Source: Nageia nagi | Taxonomy: Eukaryota > Plantae > Pinophyta | DNA: 64,000 nucleotides | Direction: 5' to 3' | Assembly (NCBI GenBank): GCA_050084985.1 | Contig: JBITNC010000002.1 | Location: forward strand, 11,594,001-11,658,000 | Shown here: positions 12,209-24,900 of the stretch, piece after piece | Numbering within the stretch: the stretch's first letter is position 1 | Layout of the letters: each line of letters begins with the position of its first letter | Program-made: the position numbers and the translations under genes | Notes under the pieces: generated by a model | What the model was told of the DNA's origin: nothing | What the model saw: only the letters and a program-made list of their open reading frames with translations | The model's database searches: none

Positions 12209-15200
12209 ATGCAAGGATACTATCAAGTGTATCACCATACATCAAGACAACCAATATACAACTGCTATGCAACTCGACATGAAATTCAAAGTCCTCAACT
12301 TACTATCAGGAATATTAAAGCAAAATGGAAATGTACAAATCAAAACGGAGAATGTCTATCATTAGTATCACGAAAAGTTCAGGAGAGGAAACATACTGCT
12401 GCCTTCCAAAATATCAAACCATTAAGATCACATCAAGGACATGCAAACATGTCTGTACGACATTCCTCCTATCAGAAACAAAGGAATGCGTACTTCATGA
12501 TGATGCTAAAAGAATGTAGAATGCAAAATCAAGTATATCCACTCAATGGAGCTCATGCCCCTGAATTCTCCTGTATGGCAGTGATGAATAGCACAATGTA
12601 AGTTGACCTCCAAAATTCTTACAACTCCAAGAAAGGCCCACTATCACACTTAACTAAATGGTCTAGTCAATGCAATTAAAGTCCTATGATTACATTATTA
12701 AATTGAGTATCTTTTTGACAGTTGGTGCAGAGTTTTGCACTAACACTACCTTTGGAAAACATGTTTACAATTTATAGTCCCTTTTGGAATTGACACAGTA
12801 TCAAAGTCTTCTATATTTTGATTGTATTCTTGGATTAATCCCAATTTGTCTTTAGGCTCTAATGTTTTTTGGAATCCACTTTCGAGGTCTGTTATCCAAG
12901 ATTCCAACCTTCCACATTTTAAACAACATTGTTCCTTTCAGTTCTTGCCTACTTGTCATTGTACTTAAAAATATTATTTTTTACAAATTCTTATTGATTT
13001 ATTCATTTAATGAAAATACAATTGTTAAATGTAATCCTTCCAATAATATACCTTTGCTTTGGGCTATCATATTCCCTTTATTGTCAAATGCAATGATGGA
13101 TGTTACTGTGTAAACCTTTGTGTTTGCAGCATAGGAATCTGATCTTTATAGATGCACTATCAACATTCACATAATAGAAAAAGGGTCCCTATATGTTACT
13201 ATAAAATGTACTATATATATAATATCCACATGTGCATATTCATTGCATTAAATGTCAAAGGTCTTTGATCCAAAACCCTTTGGAATACAATTTGCATTCA
13301 TACATCCTCATTAAATTATGGGAAAATATCTAAAATATCCCTATAATTTGAAAGAATATCAAAAATACCCTTACATTTTTAATAATATCAAAAATACGCT
13401 TACATTTTTAATAATATCAAAAATACCCTTACAAAATAGAATTATGTCAACTGTTGAAGTTTGGTAGTGCCTGCGATGGATTTCATCGAAAGGCATTGAC
13501 ACTGTTTCACCAAATGCAACATATAATAGCAAAAGTCCAGCCACATCAATTCACCTTTCACATCATTCTCAAAGCATGTACCAAACTGGAAGATTCGCAA
13601 AAATGCTTATACATACAGTAAAGTCTCTTGAAAAGCAATTAATATCAAATATTGTGGTTGTGAATGCCCAGGTAGATATGTCTGTAAAATGTGGAAGCAG
13701 AAGAAACTCAAATTGATCTAGTTGGACTACTAATGTTGTTTGTTGAATTTGGTGAAACAGTCATTCAGCCATACAGTTTAAAACATTGCAGGAACCTACC
13801 AAATTACCATAGTTTACATACACGTGGATAATTCTATTTTTCATAAATTTGTGGATAGATGGGCCAAATTTTACTCCAATGCGATTGACGAATGAATGAA
13901 AGAGCTTACCCTTTGGAAGGGCATGCCAGCATGCAGATTGGTAGATGTTAAAGAGTGTAGACAGTAGTGTGTATCTGAAAAATGTGCTTTGACTTCAGTC
14001 TGAAAAGAGGGGTATTTTTGATATTATTGAAAATATAAGGGTATTTTTGATATTCTCTTAAATTACAGGGGTATTTCAGATATTTTCCCTTAAATTAAAC
14101 ACAGTTACAACATAAGTAAATTATTACAGTTATAAAATATACAAATTCTGCCTTTTTTCTCTGAAGTAACTAACAATCTCTTCTATTGGAACTTACTTCC
14201 AAGGTTAAGTTCTAAGGTGCAATATTAGACTGAATAAGTCTGTCATATCTAGTTCTGGCTTACGAGTCTGAGCTAAAGATTTCGAAGCTCTACACAGTAC
14301 CTTTATTCACTATTGAATATATTTAGGATATAGAGCTGAAACTCTTGGAAAAGTGAATGTTAATCATCTGTTGGCTTCCAGGGTGGCAATCTATCTTTGC
14401 AAGGAAGATGAACGATTGGAAAAGTGAATGTTTATCATCTCTTGGCTTCCAGGGTGGCATATCACCTTCTTTCTTGAAATCTATCTTTTTGAGGAAGATG
14501 AACACAAATTGCATCTAAAACAGGGACAAGTGGACTTTTTAAATAGGAATTGAATATTTGCTTCAATTCAATTGAAATCTATCTTTTTTTTGCTGTGCAT
14601 ACATTTGCTTTAGCCTTTCAAAACATGGACTTTTCTTTGAATTAAAATTTGCATGGGACCCGATTGCATTCCTGCTAGTAAATATTTTAAATTCATAAGA
14701 TTATATATGAGAGATTTTGAGCTATTACACAGATCTTCCCTTGTCACGTTCTTACCCAGGTGAGATGCGTGTTACTCCACGAAGATGATTTGAATCCATT
14801 ACTGAACGAAGAACAATTACGATACTTTCGAGTGTGACTCTTTATACTTGGTGACTCTTTTTAATTGCGAGTGTTTCTAGAATGGACATTTGGCAAATTC
14901 TGAGAATCATTTTTATCATACTTGGTGAGCCTGAGTATTGACTGCACATATTTGTGATACCAATATCGCTTCCGCTGCAAACTCACTATTGTCATTTTTA
15001 ATTTCCATGTCAAGAGTACAATTCTGGCAAGTGTGCAAAGTTACCTCATTTGAGAAGTATGAGTATTCTATGCACGACCTAGAGAAGGCATACCATGGAA
15101 AGAAAGAAAATATTTATTTTATTAATACCCATATACCATAGAATCTGTTTACCAGTGCAAGATACCTTGGCTTCCACATTCGTCTTATTTGACCTAGTAA

Positions 15201-18200
15201 ACTACCAACCTGTCTTTTGACATTTGCTTTCAATTTGATTTGAATAGCTGTTGAAACTTGAATCTATTTTCAAACATTTCAATCTTTCTTTTCAGATATA
15301 AAGTTGACGGATTCTCTCTTCCTACTACTTTCCACTCCCCTATGTTGAAATGGCGTCCTAATTACAAAAATGACCCTGACAAATCACTTATTTACAAAAA
15401 TAACCCTGTAAAATGTTTAATTACAAAGATGACCCTGTAAAATGGCCCTTAAAATAACCAACGAACAATTACATGTCTTATCTCCTCCATACTGTCTACA
15501 AGGTTCAGGTACTATTGGGACTGTTACATCTTACGTCTCCTCGCATTGTCTTCAAGGTTCAGGTGTTGTTGGGACTCTGTGATTGTTGGATTTATTGAAA
15601 TACCTGATTACATAGTTGAGGACCATTGGAAAATAAGACGAAAATTCTTCTGAAAATACATACAAAATGACCCTTCCGTTGTTGGACATAAAATTATTGG
15701 GTATTTCAATGGAGTTGTGTCTGTTGAAGCTGGACTTCTTCCAATGAAACGAAACATCTTCTGAAAAGATGATTTCTGCTTTGTTGATGTGCTTGTGTGC
15801 TATCATGCTTTTTCCAAAGAAAAGATCATCTGGTGCTGGAATCTCTGTGCATTCTTGGAATTTGACGAGGTATACACTGAAAGACCTCCAATATTTGGCA
15901 GATCCATGGAAATGATAATTGATGTGGTTGCATGTCTGTGCGCATCTCAATTCTTCAATATCGAGAGGAAGTGTTTCACCAATGACCTCTTTTCCAGCAG
16001 TCTTTATGACGATTATTCTGCCAGCCTCCATGACTATTGGTCTGTTCCTCCTTAATCTTAACCTGCAAATGGAAATACAGATCTAATATTTAGGTTACTA
16101 TGTAATTTGCAGGGTCAATTTTGTAATTAAATATTTAACAGGGTTATTTTTGTAAATAAGTGATTTGTCAGGGTCATTTTTGAAAATTTCCCTATTGTTT
16201 ATTGTCTCTCACTCCATGTTGTAAACTTTATAGTATGCTTGAGATCCATAAATTGTGCTTGCATGGAAGCACAAATGGACAATGCAAAGTAACCAACGAC
16301 ATTCACCTTGATCCTCAGTCTTTCAGAAGATATTTGTTTCTTCTCAAAGGAATTGTTTTCAGAAAGAATGATTAATATTTTGCAATGAGCAGTAGTGTGG
16401 TGATCATTGCCTTCAGTGCTGAAGTACAGAGTTATAGTTTTTCATTTGATTAATCGATAGGAAAAAAATGTACAGAGTCTCTTTGAAAGTCAGTGCAAAA
16501 TGCTCCTATTAGCTCGACAGTGTCACTATAAACACAGAATGATTGATTTAAAATAAAAGACTTGTCATATTTTGAAAAATGTAGTGTAATTCTTTAGGCC
16601 ATCCATATGCTAATCAGTTCATGGGTTTCCATTAGTTATAATCAACTGTATGCTTTGGAGTCTGGACCGTCAACATATCTAGGCAATCAGTTCATGGACA
16701 TGTCTTTGTTATACCTAAGCGAATCCTTATCAGTTGTTCACAACTCCCAAATCTTGCAGCTGTTATCCACATACAATCGCACAAATAATATAAAAGTCGT
16801 AAAAAATTCATCATATTCCATCCCTCTTTTTTAATAGATGTCTTATATAATAGATTCTTTTATCTTCTGATGTTTTTATTACCTGATTTTAAGATCTTCC
16901 AACCGCTCTAGACCCATACATAACTCGCAGACCAGAATGCCTATGTTCTAATATTTGTAGGCTATAAGTATATTTTCAAAGCTTCCCATTACCTTCTGGT
17001 GAATTTTTGCAGCAAGGTTTTGCTATTGATTATTTATGGTAAACACTAGAACGATTTCAGGTTCTTATATTTGAGCATAAGACAGACCTTCTCAAAAGAT
17101 TGGTTCCTTAGAAATAGCAGTGGAGTGTCAGAGATTTTGTCCATGCTGTTTTCTACATTTTGAAATTTGATTTAACGGGAGGCACAGATTGACTATAAAC
17201 TTATCTTAGCCAACATACATGACATGTGATCGCAAACATTATTACAATTTTATATAACATGTAGAAAAACTAGGGATGGAAAGTAATCACTAGATTATTC
17301 ACCTGCATTTTAAGAAATTGAATGGCAGAATGATTGTTGATTACTGAGATTCGATGGCTAGTTTTGCATGTATTTCAGTTAGTTTATTAATAGAGCAAAC
17401 TTAATACCATGATTGGCATGCGTTCTCTTTGCCTTATACTCACAGAACTCCATTTTGTCCTACATGAAGTTACAGGATGAGGCCCTTCCCATCTGCCAAT
17501 GATATAGAAGCAGTATTATTTGATGTGGATGGGACTTTGTGTGATTCAGATCCTTTACATTATTTATCTTTCCGTGATATGCTTCAAGAGGTTTGTACAA
17601 CTGCATAAACTAGAACTATGTTTAGAGTTTATCCTTTCTCTCTATGATTTTATGATTGTTTTTATCAAAAGTTCACGAGGAAATTACAAAATGGAAAAAT
17701 ATTTTCAGGTTGGTTTTCAAGGTGGTGTTCCTATTACCGAGGAATTCTTCAGTAAAAACATTAGTGGCAAACATAATGATGATATTGGAGCTATGCTTTT
17801 TCCTGATTGGGATGAAAGCCAACAGAAAAAGTTTCTTGATGACAAAGAAGCTTTGTTTCGCAGGTATGGACAACAAAATCCATCTAATATCATGTATTTT
17901 ACAACTAAAGAGGGAAAAACTTCCATGTGTTTAAAACGAAATTTCACACTTTTAAAGTAAATTATGAAAATGATTCCTCTCGTCCCTTACCTTCCTTTTA
18001 CAGGATGGCACCTCAGCATCTGAAAGCTGTGAATGGCTTACATAAACTCTGCAAATGGATTGAGAGCCATGGTATAAGGCGTGCTGCTGTCACCAATGCA
18101 CCGAGGGAAAATGCTGAACTCATGATTTCAATTCTAGATCTCACAGACTTCTTTGAGCTCGTGATTGTTGGCAGTGAATGTGAGCGTGCAAAGCCATTCC

Positions 18201-18551
18201 CAGATCCATATTTGAAGGCTCTGGAACATTTTAAGATTCCATCTGATAAAGCATTTGCTATTGAGGTTTGATCTTACAAAGATACTTTTTCTTTTTCCAT
18301 TTTTGCTATTTTGAGATATGTAATCCTCATCTGAATGATTCCTGTTTCTTGTCTTTTACATCATAGGATTCTCCCTCAGGCCTAAAGGCAGCTGTTGCAG
18401 CTGGGTTGCCAGTTTTGGGGTGACCACGAGGAACCCAGGACAAGCACTGCTCGAGGCAGGTGCCACATTCTTAATTAACGATTTCGAGGACTCTAGCCTT
18501 TGGAATGCATTGGAGTCTCGAAATGCAGTTAAATTCAGAAATGCATGCTAG
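12209..18551 (+). CDS. SGPP: HAD-superfamily sugar phosphatase (Sgpp-like). Inferred coding exons: 12209-12597, 17476-17590, 17709-17863, 18004-18265, 18367-18551. 1-bp frameshift near 18420.
   Basis: Translation gives AVLFDVDGTLCDSDPLH (HAD motif I), RAAVTNAPRENAELMIS, CERAKPFPDPYLKAL and IEDSPSGLKAAVAAG. All introns are GT-AG with compatible phases (2,0,2,0). The four HAD exons are secure. Linkage of the 12198-12597 exon is inferred from splice phase only. Confidence 0.9.
13433..13715 (+). pseudogene. Captured PLS-type PPR gene fragment
   Basis: Translates as GFHRKALTLFHQMQ..KVQPHQFTFHIILKACTKL and ISNIVVVNAQVDMSVKCGS, typical PLS-PPR motifs, with frameshifts. Confidence 0.8.
13737..13975 (-). 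pseudogene. Captured PLS-type PPR gene fragment in inverted orientation
   Basis: The minus strand translates ALPKGKLFHSFVNRIG...FMKNRIIHVYVNYGNLVGSCNVLNCMAE, then LFHQIQQT. Confidence 0.75.
14346..14505. repeat. Two-copy tandem duplication (about 70-85 bp)
   Basis: TGGAAAAGTGAATGTT.ATCATCT.TTGGCTTCCAGGGTGGCA...GGAAGATGAAC occurs twice. Confidence 0.85.
15355..16192. mobile_element. Mutator-like foldback element with unknown cargo
   Basis: Inverted repeats of about 80 bp (CAAAAATGACCCTGACAAATCACTTATTTACAAAAATAACCCTG). The right end reads ...AATTTCCC. The left tip is degenerate and no clean TSD was found. Confidence 0.75.
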
Positions 18552-19057
18552 GAGTTGCAGGGAATTGATTCACTTATTTGCCCATCTCTTAATTCTCTTG
18601 GGCTATTTATGATATATGCATATTGTTTAGGAGAGTTTTACTCCTGGTTGAAAAATATCTTATTTGGTTGAACGTTACAGAGGAGAAATTAATAAAAAAT
18701 AAATTGATGTTTGGACTCTTACAGAATCCAAAATGTTTTAAAATCCCAATCTCAATCAATGTTGAGGTTTATGGACTTACGTTCCATCACAAATTAATTA
18801 GAAAATTGTTGAATTTGCTTAGAGGCTTGAAGTGATCTAAGAATTATTTCCTCAGATACATAGGATTTACTCACATAATATGAATTAAATTATGGTCTGG
18901 ATAGCTAAGGGAAATCAGTAGGATGAAAGCAAAGGAAAAACCAAAGTAAGTTTTGAACAATAATATTCAGAAATTGACCTATTACCATAACATCATGAAA
19001 TACTAGTTCTATGCAGTAAACTTGATATAATCTTATTTATCCTCACAAATTTAAAAA

Positions 19058-19281
19058 GAGGAAGGCTATCCTCCAGCAAATTCATTACATACTCTGGGGG
19101 TATATCATCTGCTGGTTGCATATAGAATCAGCTGGAAACTGATGGAATAGGCTCAGATTGGTAATGGGTGCTTGAATCTGGCTAACATTACCCTAATTTG
19201 TTCAGGTTGATCGATTTTGGCTGATTTGAGGTATATACACCCAAAGTATGTATTTGAATTTGGCTGGAGAATAACCGCATC
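19058..19281. mobile_element. Mutator-like MITE downstream of Sgpp
   Basis: Imperfect TIRs of about 48 bp (CTCCAGC.AAATTCA..TACATACT.TGGG.GTATAT). The 9-bp flanks ATTTAAAAA and TTTTAAAAG match at 7/9. Confidence 0.7.
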
Positions 19282-20944
19282 TTTTAAAAGCATGTATAAT
19301 GTGCTTAAAACCATAAAAACCACATTTCTGAACTGTAATTCAACATATAACTTCGAGGATGAAGTGAATAGACATAAAGAGACCTGATCTTGACTCCTTC
19401 AACCACTATTCATGCATGACATTAATTTTGTTGACATTATTTTCAAGATCAGGGATCAAGATATACTTATCATAGAATGCCCCCTTCTAATAATGGGAGT
19501 GGGGAGTGTAAGTAATCTCTCTTATTTTGTGTAATTTATGGCTTTTTTCTAAGCTATTTGCTGATTTCTAAGCCTAGACAGGTGTCATATTTCCTATTTC
19601 TTCTGTTTTTTTTTTCCCAAGGTTTTATACTAACTTTAGAGAAATTGTTTTCTAAATCTAAGTCATCATGTTTGAAGATAGCCTTTTATGTTAAGCATTT
19701 CTTGATGATTGAGGGTGGGATCAAAATCTGTGTTGGATATATTCAATAATATTAGAGTTGTGGTAGCATCCTACTTGATCAACTCAGAGTTTTCTTCCAC
19801 CTGTTCTATAGTTGAGACAGACCACTAAGGAAGGACAGCCTTTGTCCCATTTTCTCTATGCAGCGGTGAAGATGGAAAATCTTTTATTTTAAGGTGTTCT
19901 ATCTATTATAAAATTTGAAGGGGATATTATTGTATGTTAAGACTTGGGAGAGTCAATCCACTATCTTCAACTATTTCGACCAAATATGTTAGGCTTTATA
20001 TCTAGAGGTAACAATTATTCATATGTGCTACACAATGTAGACCTCAAGATATTGATCACTTCCATCTTCCCTCCTATCTCTTTTGTTGGTGGCAACAATT
20101 GACCCTTTGAGACCCTAGACTAGGGTGACGATGAACAAATGGTTGGACCATGTCTCTTTTCACGTGCTACTAGGAGTTGTACGAGTTGTGATCTCTTGCT
20201 TAAGTAGGGAAAAGGAGCGTCTTGGCTTTTCTATGTTGTAAATTAATAGCAACATTTCTTGTACAAGTTAGACAATTTGGGCGAATAGGCATTCTCAAAT
20301 TCTTAATCTTTCATATGATTTTTGGTTTTAGATGGTACATTAATTTTAGAGTCTCTTGATATGTGCATCCTTCTAGGATTTCCCAACTAGGCCCATTTAG
20401 CCTTGGTTACTCTTTTGTTTGCTCTTTCAGGTTTTATTAGTAGTACAATACCATTCTAATATTTATATCTTGCTTTTTTTTATGTGTCTGGTTTTGTATT
20501 AAAGTTTATAATAATATTTACATGTAATTTTATTTTATACTAGAGGAATTGGTACCTCATGTAATTTCCTTTTTAGTCTTTTGAATATACTTTAATTATT
20601 TATAGACAATAATAAAATTTCTTAATTTCTCTAAGGCAATCTATAGATTCTTGGTAGGTCACTTAGCTTCATCTTTTCTTCTCTACTTCATTCAAACAAG
20701 AATTGTAATGAATATTACGTAGGCATGACATGTATACTATAGTAACCAATTTGCTATAAAATATTAGATATATTATCATTCAATTATATTAAAGTATCTA
20801 ATTATGTTTTTCTTTTAATTAAAAGTCTATAATGTTATGCAAATGTTTAAATGTATCTATTATCCTCTTCATCCTAAAATTATTTGTATCAATTAATGTT
20901 CTCTTTATTATTTGATGTGTGAGATCAATGGCTTTGAAGTATTT

Positions 20945-21850
20945 ATTTTTTTGGGTTGAAAAGTACTTGTATTAATAAATGGATATATAGCACTTTTTAC
21001 AAAAACAGGGTGGGGCAACAAAGAACATGCCACCAAAATTTATCAAACGTTCGTTAAGCATCACAAAGGCCTACCAATCAAAGACCATAAAAGGTCATAG
21101 GCTTGCCAATTACAATAACATTATAAAAATAATGGCGTGATTAAAAGTAGAGTTTTGAGCACACTAATCAATCTAGGTTGACAACTCCCACCTCATCATT
21201 ATTGGGCACAATAGGCTTATTTCTCCACCTCGGCTCGCACATTGGTTCCTCCTCCACTTGATTCAAAGTGTGAGAAGGTAGAATCTTAGCAACATTATTC
21301 TTAGTTGGAGAGATAGTTAGGGAAAGATGAGGGACTTTTTTAGGGATAGACTATGGATCCACTTAGCAATGAGGCAATGGGTTATGATGTGCAGAGAATG
21401 GTAGTCATCTTGGTAGGCTAGACCTTCAATGTTGTTTGGATTTGGAATAGTTAGGAGAATGGGGTGTCTCAAAAGGCACCCAGCTAATCGTGTGTGGGGT
21501 ATTCCCCCAATGGTCAATAAGAGTCTCTAGTTGGGCAATCTCCATGGCCATTGCCTGAATTGAAATCTATAGTAACACATCAAAGAACACTCTCACTTTG
21601 TCAACATAAATTGGAACAACTTGCAAAAAAATAACATTGTTTCTAGTGTTCCATAATAAAAAAAGAATTCCCACCCTAAATATATGCCAAACTTTAAAAT
21701 ATAAGAAAGGGAGGTGTATAGAGTTTTCTAAAAGCATATGTTGCCATGAAAACCATGGGAGACAAACATGAGAGAAAAAGGAGATCCATTTCCAAGCATC
21801 CTATGCTTTGATGTAAGACTAGAAAGCATGAATGAAGTCTTATGGGAGTT
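20945..21850 (-). mobile_element. L1 LINE 3' remnant
   Basis: The minus strand encodes WHIFRVGILFLLWNTRNNVIF (the L1 ORF2 C-terminal W..RN..IF motif). A T-run near 20945 corresponds to the A-tail. Confidence 0.6.
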
Positions 21851-21977
21851 AAAAGTATATGTTAGAAATATTGTTAGAAGTATTATTGTCATTTGTTGTG
21901 TAGTAGGCTAGAGGTGTTTATTGTTTAGTTGATATAGCAACCTATTGGGTTGTTATCCTTTTTTTGTGATATAATTC

Positions 21978-24900
21978 TGTAACATTCCCTATTTTAAAAA
22001 AAAATAAGTAATTTTGGAATCCTAAGGATTCTCTTTTGTAAATATTTTAGTTTCTCATATATTTGTTGAGATAGAATATAATGGTCCTATGGACCCATAT
22101 TGTGAGCCCCAAAGTGGGACATCTTCTTCCCAAGCTTAGGATGAATTATTTGAGGATAGAGTTCTCCATAGATCTTGGAGAGTTGATTGGATTTGTTCAT
22201 TGGATAGGGCATCTTGTGGGAAACATTTTGACATGTTACACGACATGGTTTCATTAGGAAATGGAAGAGTTATGGCCTCTTGAAATTTGCCACTTGGACC
22301 AATCTTCCATATCGTGATCGCTCATGGAAATCTAGAAACATCTCCATATTGACCCCTTGAAATGTGGCGTCCCAATCCTTGGGATATGCGTTAGTTATGG
22401 ATTGTATTTAGATTTGAGCTTGGTAATTAAGAGTAGATTTAGTATGTTTTATGAGGGCCACTTTTATGAGTTGTAATACATGATTCTTAGGCAATTAATA
22501 ATTGTAAATGCAATATTAGTATCCAATAATGAGGCATTGCATATCTAGCTATTGGATCCTGTAATTAAATATGATTATTGACATCCCTAGGCATTGTTAG
22601 CATATGTATGATACCTAGGATACATTTAACCCCATGTTTGGGCATTTGAAGGCCTCTAGGAGGCTAATGTTTGACTTGAAGGTTGGAGTGATGATTTCTA
22701 GGTGAGATCCAAATCCATGGATTGTTATATAAAGGAGATTCACATCATTGCATGGAGAGGTTGAGTTTTGGATTATCTCTTTTTCTGTTCAGAAGACATA
22801 AGTCTTGGTGCAACGTAAAGCAATCTTACCCTAGGTGTAGCATCTAGGAGGGTTAGCAGGCTGAGGGATCTTGCTAATCTATGGCTAAGGTACAACTTCT
22901 TAGTCCAATCGATGGTATTTCGAGGTTGCAATCCTACCATTCAGTTGGCTTCCAGGATTTGGAGAGGGCTCCTTCAGTGGAGAGGATTTAGATTTTGAGG
23001 GAGTGTGGTTGTCCCATCCATTGTTCCAACAGTGATCATATTTGCATGTGTATCTGCCCTAGTTGGATCCTTGGAGGCCAACGTTGAGTCCTTTGGGCAG
23101 ATTTGAGGCTTGTAATCACTCTTCATTGCTTAATTCAGTTGTTGGAAAATTGATCTCCCTATAGTTGTCTCATTTTGTTGTCTATTTGTAATTATCTTGC
23201 CTCTAGAAGCTTGATGTTAGGTTTGTGGATGTGTATGAGTGATATTTTGTGTTCCTAAGTGAGACGTTGGTATTCTAGCATGTGTAATTGATTTTTGGAG
23301 CATTTTATTTTGTATATTTGGTGCTTAATTTGCATATTTTAGTCTTGAAAAATATTTGGAATATTACAGTGGTATCAAAGCTTAGATCTAGCCAACTTAT
23401 GTGGTTAAGATCTAGCTAGAAACAAATTGAACCAATGGATCAGGAGGTTTTGCACTTATAAATCCAATTTTGAGGTCAAAATGATATTTTTTCGAAAAAA
23501 TATGAATTGCTAAACTAAGTTGTTTAGGGTTTAGAGAATGCATTTTTAGATTTGAAGGTCATTTCCAGGTATAAAAAGTCTTCATCTATTATCTTGGATA
23601 GTTAGAAAAATTTAATATGAAGATTTCAGATTTTGTGCTATGGGTTTTTGTAAGTTCAACCAAATCTATATTTCGCATGAAGAAATCAAAATTTGCACCA
23701 ATGGAAAAAGAAATTCCAACTAAATCTACATTTTGTATAAAGAAATGAGAATTGGGAAAATTTTTAGTGAGGAATTTGGTCATTGAGCTAGCCGAAAAAG
23801 GTGTTTCTCATAATGAAAAAAAAAACTACTATGGCATCTCAATACGTATTATGAAGAAGATAGATGGAAGAAGAAAGTACTAATGGGGAGTAAGGAGGAA
23901 TCTCAAATTCCACCCCCACCTCCATGGCCACATAAAACGTTACTAAGGATAAAACTTCTACCCCAAATCTATCAAGGGACTTCTAACAAATTCAGGGAAC
24001 AAATAAGTTTTTAGCTTTATTTGGGTCTCTTGGATCAAGGGGCATATGAGTTGTCAAAGGGGTTTGGGGAGACTTGCAAAAGAAAGGAGGTTAGGTTTAC
24101 CCTATAGCCAAGATGGAGGCATCACTAATTACTTGGGAAGAGAATGCACACTCTCTACAACATCCTTTGCATCATTGTGAAACTTGGATCTACCATAATG
24201 ACACTCTAAAAAGGTATGAAATTAATTTTGATTTTTATGACAGTAATTCAAAAATTTTGCATAGTTTTGTTGAAAGTAATAATATTGTAAAGAAAGAGGA
24301 AAGAGCCATTGTTGTTTCAGATTTGGTTTTGCAAGATAATGATGAGAAAAGTGAAGATTTTGAGCATAGCATGGAAGATAAGAATTCCAAAGAAGGAGAA
24401 TCAACAATTGAAGCCTCATTACATAGTAAGGTATGCAAAAATGATGTGATGATGATGACCAATTCAAATCTTGGAAAAATAGAAATCATTGGACAAGGAA
24501 TTGCACCACTACATGAGGTATGTCTAGTAGAGCTTCAAAATGGTTCCTTTGAAGTGCACTCACTTATATATGTTGGGAAAGAGCATGTGAATATTGGAGT
24601 TTCCATATTAGCTTGTGAGAACATCCAAACTAGTTTCATGTCTTTGATTTTGAAGTGTATTGTGTGGGAAAATTCAATTCTTCATGTTAATCACAATACT
24701 TTTATAGTTCGTTGGGATCCGAATGTTTGGGTACCCAAGTATGGTGAGGATATGAAGGTCACTAATGGCTTCTCTTTTACAGTACCAACTTATAAGAAAA
24801 ACATGACAACATTGTATGAGGTTGTGGGATCATCTCTTACCCATGGAGTAAGATCCATGAGTTTAGACTCTTGGAGGGGTTTAGCACCATGGATCCATAG

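Larger units (their letters stand above)
13320..14089. mobile_element. Pack-MULE (non-autonomous Mutator-like element) with captured PPR fragments, in an Sgpp intron
   Basis: TIRs of about 80-110 bp starting GGGAAAATATCT. The 9-bp TSD TTAAATTAT/TTAAATTAA matches at 8/9. Confidence 0.9.

Noticed and set aside
17520-18271. ORF-track calls 17520-17960 and 17927-18271 as standalone proteins
   Set aside because: They are intron read-through around true Sgpp exons.
19560-20600. Possible + strand LINE RT and 3' remnant
   Set aside because: Only vague motif traces; too decayed to support boundaries.
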